64,000 nt of DNA, taken from IMG/VR virus record IMGVR_UViG_3300032285_003395, positions 33,666 through 97,665 of that record; one strand, 5' to 3'. The notes below the pieces were generated by a model that saw only the letters and a list, made by a program, of their open reading frames with translations, was not told where the DNA came from and did no database searches. The position numbers and the translations under genes are program-made. Below, one piece after another: positions 48,963-59,466 of the stretch (its first letter is position 1; the number at the start of each line of letters is the position of its first letter). The DNA is from a virus.

Positions 48963-50117
48963 ATGTCAACTAGAATTCAAAAAACTATTTTCCTTCCAAC
49001 CAAAGGGAATTTAGGAATTGTTGCTAATGGTACAGCTTTGTACGATTCAACAAACAAATGGTACAATTTGGCTCCAGGTCAAATTGGTTTTTATGATGCT
49101 GCAACTAACACAGCAGTAAGTAATACAACTATTGCAGCTGCAAAAACTGTATTTATTGCTATTGGTGTTGGAACAGTTACAGGACAACCTACAAAATCTT
49201 CTAAAGTAAGAATGAGCAATGGAGAAAATATTTCTTCTTGTCTTATTGACTATGCTAATGCAGAAACTCCACAAACTGGTCAATCAAACACTGCATCATT
49301 TTACTTTTCTTGTGTAGAGTGTTCTACAAACTATTCAATTGGTGTTCGTCTAAAAGATCCTACATTGAACTTTTTCTACCCAGAAAATAGATACCATGTA
49401 GAATTGGTTTCAGTTCAATCTGAGACTTGTCCTTCTTGTGATGGAGATTGCAACTACACTCCAGATCCAAATAACTTGAGAGACAAATTCATTGCTGAAA
49501 TTAATGCTAACACTTTGTTGAACAAATATGTAAATAGTGTATCAACTATTACAGGTGGAGCACTTACAGTAAATGGTATTACTTATGCTGCTGGTTTCCA
49601 AATTACATTTAAAACTAACACTCAAGATTGTGGATGTTTCCCTAAAGCAGAAAGTATCATGCAAAGATATACTATTGGATCAATCCAAACTATTCTAAAC
49701 TCAGGATGGGCTCCAAATAGTACTTATACTGCAGTTGATATGTCAGCTATGCAAATGCCAAAAGGTATTGGTGCTGACCTTCAGTGGGAAGAATATATGG
49801 AAATGCCAGGTGGTACAGGTTTTGATGGACTTAACAATGAAGTAGAAACTACAGGAGCTCCTTACTATGCTCAATTGGAAGTTTCTAGAACTAAAAACTT
49901 GTTGGTTGATTGTGCTACTAACTATTGCCAATATTCAATTGGACATCATTCAGTTTCTCCAGATGAGAATGCTAATGGTAAAAATTGGGCTCCTAAATTT
50001 ATTACAACAGTTTTAATTCCAAGTACAGATACTGTTACTAAAGCTGCTGTTGAACTTGCATTGAATGCATTTGTAACAGCTGGTCCATGTGGCAAATCTA
50101 TTACATTGGCTTGTTAA
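48963..50117 (+). CDS. Abundant virion protein, probable auxiliary capsid protein
   Basis: Codon bias like MCP, own terminator, synteny. Confidence 0.55.
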   Translation: MSTRIQKTIFLPTKGNLGIVANGTALYDSTNKWYNLAPGQIGFYDAATNTAVSNTTIAAAKTVFIAIGVGTVTGQPTKSSKVRMSNGENISSCLIDYANAETPQTGQSNTASFYFSCVECSTNYSIGVRLKDPTLNFFYPENRYHVELVSVQSETCPSCDGDCNYTPDPNNLRDKFIAEINANTLLNKYVNSVSTITGGALTVNGITYAAGFQITFKTNTQDCGCFPKAESIMQRYTIGSIQTILNSGWAPNSTYTAVDMSAMQMPKGIGADLQWEEYMEMPGGTGFDGLNNEVETTGAPYYAQLEVSRTKNLLVDCATNYCQYSIGHHSVSPDENANGKNWAPKFITTVLIPSTDTVTKAAVELALNAFVTAGPCGKSITLAC

Positions 50118-50165
50118 TAATAAAATATATTAATTAATTTTAATATATCTATTGTTTTGTGTGGG

Positions 50166-50201
50166 TAGGTGGTAGAGTTTTCTTTACCACCTATTTTTTT
50201 T
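50166..50201 (+). terminator. Intrinsic terminator
   Basis: TAGGTGGTAGAG-tttt-CTTTACCACCTA followed by T8. Confidence 0.85.
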
Positions 50202-50276
50202 AATTTAAAATTAATAATTTATTATTAATAAATTTAAAATTATTTTTTAGTTTTACATTATATTTATATAATTTAC

Positions 50277-50723
50277 ATGAAAAATGTTTTAATTCTTTCA
50301 GAGGCTATATATAATAAAAAATATATTCAAGTCAATCAAGGTTCATTTTTAAATCTATCTGTTATTATGTCAGATGTATTTAAATGTTTTGGTTTGTCTT
50401 GTTGTGTAGATAAATCTGATTATTATATCAGAAAGTCTTACGTTAAAAAAAGTATGAAGAAACCAGGACCTAACTGGACTTCTTTAAATAAGATTATGTT
50501 AGATATTTATAATTGTGTAAAAGGAACAACCTACTGTCCTACACATTCATCTGACGAATGGTGGATTACAACTGATATAATCAGACCTAAAAAAACCATT
50601 GAAACAATAAGCTTTACAGCAATTTTATTACAAGTTATGGACTGTTGTCAGTTAGTTAAAAATCTAATTACTAACAATAGTATTTGCATTGTAACTAATC
50701 AAGGTACATCAATAGCAGTTTAA
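50277..50723 (+). CDS. Cys-rich structural adaptor, paralog of the 53268 N-domain
   Basis: Shared SEAIY...KKPGxNW...WWITxDxIRPKKTIETI. Confidence 0.6.
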   Translation: MKNVLILSEAIYNKKYIQVNQGSFLNLSVIMSDVFKCFGLSCCVDKSDYYIRKSYVKKSMKKPGPNWTSLNKIMLDIYNCVKGTTYCPTHSSDEWWITTDIIRPKKTIETISFTAILLQVMDCCQLVKNLITNNSICIVTNQGTSIAV

Positions 50724-50736
50724 AAAGAAAAAAAAT

Positions 50737-52899
50737 ATGCCAGTAACAATAGACAATCTTCCTAGCTCAGGCTCCTTAACAGGTAGTGAATTTGTACCAT
50801 TAGTACAAAATGGGCAAACTTATAAAACAACAGTTGATAGCATCCGTAGTTCTGGAGGGTCTATTACTGATGTAACTTTTGAAGAACTCTATGATAAAGT
50901 TGTAAATTCACAATTAACTCCTTTAGCTTGGTATAGATTGTTAGACTATCAATCTGCTAATTTTTTAAATGGATTTCAAACTGCAAATAATAATCCTACT
51001 CCTATAAATCCAAATTTTAATCCACATGAAATTCATTATGGAGATACAGAAGTTTTACTACTAAACGCTCTTACTTCTTCTGAATTATCTCCTATTGGAT
51101 TTTCTGAAACTCATATAAATGATATTGTTAAATATAATCCTTTAGTAAAAGATATATCTTTAAGTTTAGAAATTTACAATAATAATACCCTTCCAAATGG
51201 ACAAACAGTAGAGGGATTTGATTTACAGTGGGATGGTACAAATGTTTACTTTAATTTACCTTCTGGTTATCCTATTTTATTTGGTCAACCTCTTTATCTT
51301 TATTTTAATGGAGATGGTTATGATGTAGATGTTTCTTATGCTTCTGTTAAACCAGGAGATAATACAGATGATGGTAATACTTTTTTAATTAATATATTAC
51401 CTGATGGATATAAAGTAATTTTGCCTACTTTTACAGAACAAGATTATTTAAATTATAATGTCAATTCTTTATATATTCACTCATATTATTCACTAGGATA
51501 TGCAACAGGACAAATTATTAGGAGACAAGATTTAAATAAAAATATTGATTGTCCTCTTGATTTTAGAGGATTTAAATACAGAAGATTTGAATGTGAAATT
51601 TTAGGACTTATTACTAGTTTTAATAATACAACTTCAGTTCCTAGTGCTTCTGATGGAACTTACACATTAACTAATCTTAGTGCAAATGGAACTTCAGGGT
51701 ATAATGCAGGATTTATAGTTACTATTAAAAGTGGAACTGTAAATTCAATTATACTAAAAAATCCAGGGAGATTATTTGTGAGTGGAGATACAATTACTAT
51801 TGATGGTACTCAGATAGGAGGAACTTCAGGAACAGATAATATTCAAATAACTGTTGTAAATGTTAATTCTAATGTAAATTATTGGGGAATAGGAGATGTA
51901 TTTAATGGTGCAACTACAACAGGTAATTACCAAGACTATCCTATTTTTAATATAAATAACACCTACAATGTAGTATTTAAATATAGTGGTAATTTTAGTA
52001 ATTGGACTTTTGATAATTTTGTTTTTTTAGGGGTTTGTTCTTTTAATACAATTGGATATACTTTTTTTAATAATACAATTATAGACCCATCTAATAATAA
52101 TATTGAAAATAATTTTTATGGTAATAGTATAAGTGGTTTTCAAGATAATAATATAGGTTCATATTTTCAAAATAACATAATAGCAAGTAGTTTTTATAAC
52201 AATAATATTAACGGAGGATTTTCGTATAATATAATAGGTTATGGTTTTAATTTTAATACTATAGGATATAATTTATATTATAATATAATAGGTAATTATT
52301 TTTACAATAATACAATAAGAGGTAATTTTCGATATAATAATATAACTAATAATTTTCAAAACAATAATATAGGTAATGATTTTTACAATAATAATGTAAA
52401 TGATTCTTTTCAAAGAAATAATATAGGTGTTAATTTTTCTAGCAATTCTATAGGTAATAATTTTCAAGATAATAATATAGGTAGTAATTCTTATAACAAT
52501 ATTATTGGTGATTATTTTCAATATAATAAAATAGGTAATTCATTTATTAATAATACAATAGGTCGTAATCTTAGTTCAAATATAATTGGTAATTATTTTA
52601 TTCAAAATACAATAGGAGATGATTTTGTAACTAATCAAATAATGGATGGTTTTAATCTTAATACAATAGGAAATCAATTTATATCAAATATAATTAATCA
52701 AGTTTTTCAACATAATATAATAGGTTTTCATTTTACTAATAATTTTATAACTTGTATAATTTCTGAAGTTGATTTTTCAGGAGCTTCAGTAGTTTATAGT
52801 AATATGAGTTGTAATTTATTTTTAAGAGGGGATGGTCAAACTCAACTTAGTTATGTTAATGGAGAAAATACAGTTGTATATACCCTTATAAATGAATAA
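50737..52899 (+). CDS. Fibre/spike protein with Asn-rich 11-aa beta-helix repeats
   Basis: N-terminal IDNLP...LTGSEFVPLVQNG; many NxIGxxFxxN repeats. Confidence 0.7.
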   Translation: MPVTIDNLPSSGSLTGSEFVPLVQNGQTYKTTVDSIRSSGGSITDVTFEELYDKVVNSQLTPLAWYRLLDYQSANFLNGFQTANNNPTPINPNFNPHEIHYGDTEVLLLNALTSSELSPIGFSETHINDIVKYNPLVKDISLSLEIYNNNTLPNGQTVEGFDLQWDGTNVYFNLPSGYPILFGQPLYLYFNGDGYDVDVSYASVKPGDNTDDGNTFLINILPDGYKVILPTFTEQDYLNYNVNSLYIHSYYSLGYATGQIIRRQDLNKNIDCPLDFRGFKYRRFECEILGLITSFNNTTSVPSASDGTYTLTNLSANGTSGYNAGFIVTIKSGTVNSIILKNPGRLFVSGDTITIDGTQIGGTSGTDNIQITVVNVNSNVNYWGIGDVFNGATTTGNYQDYPIFNINNTYNVVFKYSGNFSNWTFDNFVFLGVCSFNTIGYTFFNNTIIDPSNNNIENNFYGNSISGFQDNNIGSYFQNNIIASSFYNNNINGGFSYNIIGYGFNFNTIGYNLYYNIIGNYFYNNTIRGNFRYNNITNNFQNNNIGNDFYNNNVNDSFQRNNIGVNFSSNSIGNNFQDNNIGSNSYNNIIGDYFQYNKIGNSFINNTIGRNLSSNIIGNYFIQNTIGDDFVTNQIMDGFNLNTIGNQFISNIINQVFQHNIIGFHFTNNFITCIISEVDFSGASVVYSNMSCNLFLRGDGQTQLSYVNGENTVVYTLINE

Positions 52900-52911
52900 T
52901 AAAATAAATAT

Positions 52912-53256
52912 ATGAAAGAATTAATAGAAAAATCAATAAGTATTAATGGAGTTGCAAATAAAAATATAAAAACTGTATTTGATTTAAATAAATTAACTCC
53001 CTTAACAAAAGAATCTACTCCTGAACAAACAGTAGAATTTCAAAAGCAAGAAATTGAAAATACTAAAATTAATAATGATATAAACTTTATGTCATTAGTT
53101 AAAATAAAAGGTAGAACTTTAACAATAGATTTTGACTATAATGATGGAGAAGTAAAAAAGACAGATAAAATATTACTTACTATTCCAAATGTAGACTCAC
53201 AAGATACTATTAAAGAATTTATCTTAAATGAAATAAACTCAAAAATAAATAAATAA
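52912..53256 (+). CDS. Hypothetical protein (fibre-associated)
   Basis: ORF. Confidence 0.5.
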   Translation: MKELIEKSISINGVANKNIKTVFDLNKLTPLTKESTPEQTVEFQKQEIENTKINNDINFMSLVKIKGRTLTIDFDYNDGEVKKTDKILLTIPNVDSQDTIKEFILNEINSKINK

Positions 53257-53267
53257 ATTATAAAAAC

Positions 53268-54278
53268 ATGAAAAATATAAACATTATTTCAGAGGCAATT
53301 TATAAGGGCCAACATAAGCTTGTCAATCAAGGTGCTTTTGTTAACTTTTCAGACCTTATAGATGATATATTTGCTTGTGATGGTCTTACATGTGCTTGTA
53401 ACACAAGTCATTTGAATAAGTCTGATATTTTTATTAGAAAAGCTTATTTAAGACAATCAAGAAAAAAACCAGGAGCTAACTGGATGTCATTAGAGCAAAT
53501 GGTTAAAGAGGTGTATAATTGTTGTGCAGGAACTACACTATGTGCAGATAAATCTCATGCTCAATGGTGGATAACTTCTGATGTTATTAGACCAAAGAAA
53601 ACAATTGAAACTATTAACTTTACAACATTAATTGTAAAAACTTTAACTTGTTGTCAACTATTAAATTGTTGTGCTCCTAATGTTTCTCCAAGTTTTTACT
53701 ATGTAAATGGTAATTGGAGTGGTGCAGGGGTAACAAATCAAACTACATTTGAGAATTTCCTTACTAGTAAAGGATATTCAAGTATTAATGTTACTAACTT
53801 TTCATTAGTGGGTACAGTATTAAGTTGTAACTTAACAGCTGATTTTGCTGGTACACAGGTTAATTATTATACCCTACCAATTACTGAAGTAAGAGGATTG
53901 GGTCAAATAAATGCTACAGGTTTTAATTATAACTTATTATTTACAAATCCTGGTAATACTTCAATTAAATCAAATGTTTCTACATTTAATATAACAGCTG
54001 CTGGACAATTGAATAATGCAACTATAATTTATTTGCATAACAATATAGTGTCTACATTTAGAATGTTAAATTACAATCCTACTAACACAGCATCTGAAAT
54101 ATATTTGACTAACAATGCTATGACAGCTGCATCTTATAGTGATATGTTGCTTTCAGTAAATACATGGCCAACTATAACAAACTCATCAGATGTAAGATTT
54201 ACAGGAAATCCAATATCAGTTTTAGGAACAGCATTAGAAACCACTCTTGTTAACAAAGGATACGCAGTATACCATTAA
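53268..54278 (+). CDS. Structural protein: Cys-rich adaptor domain plus LRR-like/solenoid C-terminus
   Basis: N-domain paralogous to 50277; IYLxNN repeats. Confidence 0.6.
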   Translation: MKNINIISEAIYKGQHKLVNQGAFVNFSDLIDDIFACDGLTCACNTSHLNKSDIFIRKAYLRQSRKKPGANWMSLEQMVKEVYNCCAGTTLCADKSHAQWWITSDVIRPKKTIETINFTTLIVKTLTCCQLLNCCAPNVSPSFYYVNGNWSGAGVTNQTTFENFLTSKGYSSINVTNFSLVGTVLSCNLTADFAGTQVNYYTLPITEVRGLGQINATGFNYNLLFTNPGNTSIKSNVSTFNITAAGQLNNATIIYLHNNIVSTFRMLNYNPTNTASEIYLTNNAMTAASYSDMLLSVNTWPTITNSSDVRFTGNPISVLGTALETTLVNKGYAVYH

Positions 54279-54290
54279 AAATAAATAATT

Positions 54291-54506
54291 ATGCAAGGAT
54301 TTTATAAATTAAATGAAGAAAATAAAACTTTTGATTATACTGAAAATGGAATAACAAGTAGTCAATTTGTTTTAAAAAAAGAAAATAAAGATAACTATAC
54401 ATTTCCTATTCATGGATGGGAATGGTTAGAGGAAGCTCCAAAAGGTTATGTAAATAAAATAGAACTATTAGCTCCTAAAGAGGAAAAAGAAGAAGAAAAA
54501 GTTTAA
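54291..54506 (+). CDS. Small conserved phage protein
   Basis: GFYK...L..ENKD.YTFP.xGWxW. Confidence 0.6.
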   Translation: MQGFYKLNEENKTFDYTENGITSSQFVLKKENKDNYTFPIHGWEWLEEAPKGYVNKIELLAPKEEKEEEKV

Positions 54507-54553
54507 TTTAAAAAACTTAAAATTTTTTTTGATATTTGCATTTAAATAATTAT

Positions 54554-56323
54554 ATGTCAGACTTTGCAAATGAAAGAGAAAAGAATATTAAATTTTCAAT
54601 TTCTCTAAATGATGAACAAAAACAAGCAAAATCTGTTATATTAGAAAATAGTATATCTTATATAGCAGGTAAACCAGGTTCAGGTAAAACGCTTCTATGT
54701 GCTCAAATAGCATTAGATTTATATTTTAAGAAAAAAGTTAAACATATAATTATAACTAGACCAGCAGTTGAGGCAGGAGAGAAGTTAGGGTTTTTACCAG
54801 GAGGTCTAGATGAAAAGTTAGACCCTTATATGCAAGCAATATATAAAAATTTTTATGCTTTGTATAATAAGGCTAAGGTTGATAAAATGATACAAGATGG
54901 TGTAATTCAAATACACCCTTTTGCATATATGAGAGGTAGTACATTTTGTGATGCAGTTATTATAGTAGATGAATGTTTAACAGGAGATAGTATAATAAAT
55001 GTAGAATTTAATAATAATTCTACATCAAGATTATTTAATAGTTCTACATTATCTTCAATAATAAAAAAATTTAAAAATAATAAAGAAATTAAAGTTTTAT
55101 CTTATAATTCTTTAACTAATAAAATTGAACGAAAAAAAGTAATAGACATCTTTGAAATGGGTGAAAAACAAATTTTTGATATTTATACAGGGTTAAAAAA
55201 GAAGCCGATTAGTGCTTCTAAAAATCACCCTTTTGCAATATTAAAAAATGGAGAAATTGTTTATACAAAAGTTAAAGATTTAAAAAAAGGAGACACTGTA
55301 TTAAGAGCAGTTAACAAAAACTCTAATAATAGTAGAATTTTAAAGAAAGAAAATTATGATGTTTTATTAGGATTATTATTAGGAGATGGTTGTTTATTAA
55401 AAAATAAACAAGATAAGTTAGCTTTTAGATTATCTAAAACTCATGGTTTATCTCAAGAAAATTATAATAGTTATTGTGCTGATATTTTTAATGGAAATCT
55501 ATGTAAAGGATTAATTTCTGGATATACAGGTAAACCTTTATGTGGTATGCAAACTAAAAGTTTGTATTTAGACCAAGATTTTGTTAACTCTATAAAAAAC
55601 TTTAAAAATAAAAAAGAAATTACAAAAAATATTATTAATTATTTTACAGAAAGAACATTGGCTTTTTGGTATATGGATGATGGTTCTTTAGACGCATCTA
55701 ATAGAGTTAGATTACATACAGAATCTTTTTCAAAAGAAGAAAATGAAATATTAATAAATATTTTAAAAGAAAAATTTAATATAACTGCTGAACTTAAATA
55801 TACTAGTAAAAATAAAGGATATTATTATTTAACAATAAATAAAGAAAATAGTAAATTATTTTTTAATTTAGTAAAAAATTATATACAAGAAGATTTGTTA
55901 TATAAATTACCTAAAGAATATAGTCAAGAAAAATTTATTAAAGTTGAACCTTTATTTTTTGATGACTTATCTACAAGTGAAATTACAGAAATTAAAACAG
56001 ATAGATTTGAACCTGTTTATAATATTACTGTTGAAGATAATAATAACTTTTTTGTAGATGGTATTTTAACCCATAATTGCCAAAATACCTCAGAGAGTCA
56101 AGTTAGAATGGTGTTGGAAAGACTTGGTAAAGATAGTAAGATGATGTTATGTGGTGATGTGAATCAAATAGATTTAGCAAAAACTGTAACATCTGGAATA
56201 AAGTTTTTAGAATTTTTAAAAGAATCTAATCTAAAAAACTTTACAAAAATAGTGTTAAAATCTAATCATAGAGACCCAATTGTAGAGGATATAATAAACC
56301 TTTACGAGATATATAAAAAATAA
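54554..56323 (+). CDS. phoH: PhoH-like ATPase interrupted by an intein
   Basis: GKPGSGKT, TRPAVE, LGFLPG, YMRG, DE|CQN, GDxxQxD, HR. Confidence 0.9.
   Translation: MSDFANEREKNIKFSISLNDEQKQAKSVILENSISYIAGKPGSGKTLLCAQIALDLYFKKKVKHIIITRPAVEAGEKLGFLPGGLDEKLDPYMQAIYKNFYALYNKAKVDKMIQDGVIQIHPFAYMRGSTFCDAVIIVDECLTGDSIINVEFNNNSTSRLFNSSTLSSIIKKFKNNKEIKVLSYNSLTNKIERKKVIDIFEMGEKQIFDIYTGLKKKPISASKNHPFAILKNGEIVYTKVKDLKKGDTVLRAVNKNSNNSRILKKENYDVLLGLLLGDGCLLKNKQDKLAFRLSKTHGLSQENYNSYCADIFNGNLCKGLISGYTGKPLCGMQTKSLYLDQDFVNSIKNFKNKKEITKNIINYFTERTLAFWYMDDGSLDASNRVRLHTESFSKEENEILINILKEKFNITAELKYTSKNKGYYYLTINKENSKLFFNLVKNYIQEDLLYKLPKEYSQEKFIKVEPLFFDDLSTSEITEIKTDRFEPVYNITVEDNNNFFVDGILTHNCQNTSESQVRMVLERLGKDSKMMLCGDVNQIDLAKTVTSGIKFLEFLKESNLKNFTKIVLKSNHRDPIVEDIINLYEIYKK
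54974..56077 (+). mobile_element. Intein (368 aa) with LAGLIDADG homing endonuclease
   Basis: Starts CLTGD, block B HPF, LLGDG and WYMDDG motifs, ends VYNITV...THN, +1 residue Cys. Confidence 0.92.
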
Positions 56324-56328
56324 AAATT

Positions 56329-56922
56329 ATGCAATTATTATTAGAGTTTAGTCAAAATAGCTGTAAAAATATTTATCTTAATAATTTATCAGAATATGAT
56401 TTATCATTAGGAGCCATTAAATCTACTTATATTAATGTATTAACTCCAGGACAAACCATTCCTGTTAAAATACTTATTCCTACTCAAGGTCAAATAGTTT
56501 TGAATGCTAAAAATATGGGTATTCAAAAAAATCTTAGTGTATACTTACAAGATTTGACAGAAGGATATTATCAATTTGATTTTACCGTTGAGCAACAAAT
56601 AGCTCCAAATAGTGAAATAACAATTAACACAGAAACATTTTGTTATTTTAATACTTGTCACTTAGATTGTACTATTGATCAAAAAACTTTAGATTTATTA
56701 GAAAGTAAATGTTGTAGTTATAATGATTGTACTGGAACTTTAAGTAAAGAAACACAAGACATTGAAACTTTAAAATTATATAGAGAAGGTTTAAAATCTG
56801 CTACTAGTCTATGTAAAAAAGAAACTGCTACAGAAATTTACAAATGTCTTCAATATAAACTAGATTTATTAAATATTGATTGTGGTTGTAAACAATCAGA
56901 TCTTGGTTGTGGTTGTAAATAA
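56329..56922 (+). CDS. Cys-rich virion (tail hub/ring-like) protein
   Basis: Position; EGYY motif; Cys-rich tail. Confidence 0.5.
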   Translation: MQLLLEFSQNSCKNIYLNNLSEYDLSLGAIKSTYINVLTPGQTIPVKILIPTQGQIVLNAKNMGIQKNLSVYLQDLTEGYYQFDFTVEQQIAPNSEITINTETFCYFNTCHLDCTIDQKTLDLLESKCCSYNDCTGTLSKETQDIETLKLYREGLKSATSLCKKETATEIYKCLQYKLDLLNIDCGCKQSDLGCGCK

Positions 56923-56930
56923 ATAATAAA

Positions 56931-57749
56931 ATGACACTAAGTAGTTATAGAAATTTATTAAATACATTAGATGATCAAATTGCACAATTAGTGCAATCTT
57001 TTTGTAGATCAGAAACTTATGGTTATAAAACCTGTAAAAATAAATTAAAAAAACTTATTCATATTAAAGAACTTTTAAAAGATAACTTTAATATTTATGA
57101 GTTAAATAAATTATTTTATTCATGTACAGAGGTTAATGGAGTCCAAACAATAAAACAATTTAATAAATTAGTAGGTAATAAAGCAGAACTTATAGTTAAA
57201 ACTATAACAAAAACTACTAATACAACTAATAAATTTAGGTTTGTATTACCCACAATGCCTAATGTAAATGGTTTTTATTTATTTGGATTGTGGATTAACT
57301 GTAAATTAGAAACTTTAGATGATGTAAATAAGGTTTTAGCAATCTTAGAAGGCTTAAATTATTTAGGATTTTATAATTTTCAATATGACAGTTTACCAGG
57401 TTCAGATAAAAGCCATGCTACTGTAGAATTTACTAATATATCTGGTAACTTTCTTGCATATATTTTTCCAAACAATACAATCTGTCCAGCAGCAACTGTA
57501 CAAATTAATGATTTATTGGGTAATTTAATAGGATATGCCCTTCCTGGTAATACAAATGGTTCAAATATTGAAATTAAAGATTTGTCTGGTAATCTTATTG
57601 GTTGGGGTTATGACCATCCTGCTATATATTCTAACACTTCTTATGTATATACAGAAACATTTAGTTATGAATATGTCAACTTTGATGTAGCAAAAAGTAT
57701 ACAATGTGTAAATTCAAAAAAGATTTTAAAATTAGCAGAAAGTATATAA
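56931..57749 (+). CDS. Putative structural protein
   Basis: ORF; repeated I.DL.GNLIG motif. Confidence 0.5.
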   Translation: MTLSSYRNLLNTLDDQIAQLVQSFCRSETYGYKTCKNKLKKLIHIKELLKDNFNIYELNKLFYSCTEVNGVQTIKQFNKLVGNKAELIVKTITKTTNTTNKFRFVLPTMPNVNGFYLFGLWINCKLETLDDVNKVLAILEGLNYLGFYNFQYDSLPGSDKSHATVEFTNISGNFLAYIFPNNTICPAATVQINDLLGNLIGYALPGNTNGSNIEIKDLSGNLIGWGYDHPAIYSNTSYVYTETFSYEYVNFDVAKSIQCVNSKKILKLAESI

Positions 57750-57784
57750 ATTTATATTAAAATATAAAAAATAAAAATAATAAA

Positions 57785-59446
57785 ATGAGTACATGTAATA
57801 ATAATATAAATGGTCAATGTAGTTGTCCTCAATGTAATCCTTGTCAAGATTGTAACAATATTGTTCCACAACAAACTTGTGTAACAACTTGCACTTGTAC
57901 AACAGGTCAATTTTCAGAAGATTGTCCTTGTGGAATTATAGGAACTAATTGTGCTGTTTATACAGGAGATACTTTACAAGATTGCAGTGGTAATGATTAT
58001 TTATTTAGAGGAGTTGCTTTAAATACTTTTCTTTCTAATTTTTGGAATACTGTAAAATGTGCAGTAAATCCTAATACAGATACTACACACTATACAGGAG
58101 CAAATATATTAGACTGTGGTAGTAGTGTTTTAGTTCCTACAGGAGCCACTTTAACAACTACTATAAATAATATTTGGAATAACATTAAATGTTGGTATAG
58201 AGACTTAGATGCTAAAATTAATAATAAACAACCTCTATGGGTTGGAGGGTATCCAATATTAGTAGGTCCTTCTCAGACAGCTCCATTTAATGATTTAACT
58301 TCAGCTATCCAAGCTTTAAGTTATTATCATTTTAATAATACAGATTCTTTAACAATAGAATTAGAAGATGCTACACATAATGTAACAACATCAAATTGGC
58401 ATACTCCTGTATCATTAGATAGATATTTACATATTAAAAGTCATTTAGGAAATGCTGCTAACGTAATTATTAATCAAACTACAAATGGACAATATACAGC
58501 AGGTGTAGGTGCTGGTAAAGTATTTTTTGAAAGTGTTACAATAAAAAACAGTGGTACTGGAGGATGTATAGGTGCATGGGATGGTGGATTTATTTATGGT
58601 ACTAATGTAACTTTATTAAATACAACTAATGCTACAACAGGACCTCTTTTAGCTTCAATAGGCCAAGTTTATTTAGTAAATAGTCAAATTACAAACAACT
58701 CCACTAATCCAGTGACAATAGTGGTTGCAACAAATCAAGCAAATGTTACATTGGCAAATACTCCAATTACTAATAGCGGTAGTCAAAATTCAACTGCATT
58801 TTTATCACAAGTTCAATCAAAAATTACTTTACCTTTTAATAAACCAGGATATAATATTGTTTCTAATGTTAATATAGTATTTAATGCTTATTTAGATTCA
58901 TCTATTACTTGTTATCCTTATCATTCTGTTACATTTGATAATATTGGGTATTCTTTAATAGATTGTATTAGTAATTCAAATGTAATATTAAGAACAGAAA
59001 CAAGTGTAGGCGGTGTTCTACCAGTTACAGTTAATGGAAGAAGTTTAACAGGAGGAGGGTCAGGTTCATCTATAGTAAATGTATATAATAACTCAAATAT
59101 TGTTACTACCCTAATAACAGCTAATACATTTAATAGAGCAGCTTATATAGTGGCTAATTCTAAGGCTAATTCTACATTTACTATAACAAATGTTAATAAT
59201 GGAATTATATTAGATAGAAATTGTTCTATGATGGTCAATGGAAGTGTAGTTACAAATGGAAACAATGGTTTAATTATAGCAAACAATTCAGATGTTGTTA
59301 CAGATGATTTACAAATTACAGGACAAGCAGGTGGATTAAATAAAGTATTTATGATTAATGCTAGTAGATTAAGTAGAAATAATGCAGTTTCTAATATTGG
59401 ATTAGATGTAGCATATAGTGGTATTGGAAATATAGTAACAGGATAA
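57785..59446 (+). CDS. Tail fibre/spike with Cys-rich N-terminus and beta-helix (pectin-lyase-like) body
   Basis: Duplicated YTGxxxxDC...WNxxKC; PF..L..A start of a solenoid. Confidence 0.65.
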   Translation: MSTCNNNINGQCSCPQCNPCQDCNNIVPQQTCVTTCTCTTGQFSEDCPCGIIGTNCAVYTGDTLQDCSGNDYLFRGVALNTFLSNFWNTVKCAVNPNTDTTHYTGANILDCGSSVLVPTGATLTTTINNIWNNIKCWYRDLDAKINNKQPLWVGGYPILVGPSQTAPFNDLTSAIQALSYYHFNNTDSLTIELEDATHNVTTSNWHTPVSLDRYLHIKSHLGNAANVIINQTTNGQYTAGVGAGKVFFESVTIKNSGTGGCIGAWDGGFIYGTNVTLLNTTNATTGPLLASIGQVYLVNSQITNNSTNPVTIVVATNQANVTLANTPITNSGSQNSTAFLSQVQSKITLPFNKPGYNIVSNVNIVFNAYLDSSITCYPYHSVTFDNIGYSLIDCISNSNVILRTETSVGGVLPVTVNGRSLTGGGSGSSIVNVYNNSNIVTTLITANTFNRAAYIVANSKANSTFTITNVNNGIILDRNCSMMVNGSVVTNGNNGLIIANNSDVVTDDLQITGQAGGLNKVFMINASRLSRNNAVSNIGLDVAYSGIGNIVTG

Positions 59447-59466
59447 TAAATTAAAAATTAAAAGAT

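Noticed and set aside
50715-50739. +1 frameshift at GTT-TAA fusing the adaptor (50277) to the fibre (50737); the +1 frame is open
   Set aside because: Only six A-rich codons, easily open by chance. The downstream gene has its own ATG, an A-rich leader and a typical fibre N-terminus.
52040-52760. Asn-rich repeats as a DGR variable region
   Set aside because: No reverse transcriptase or template repeat in the window; ordinary beta-helix protein repeats explain it.
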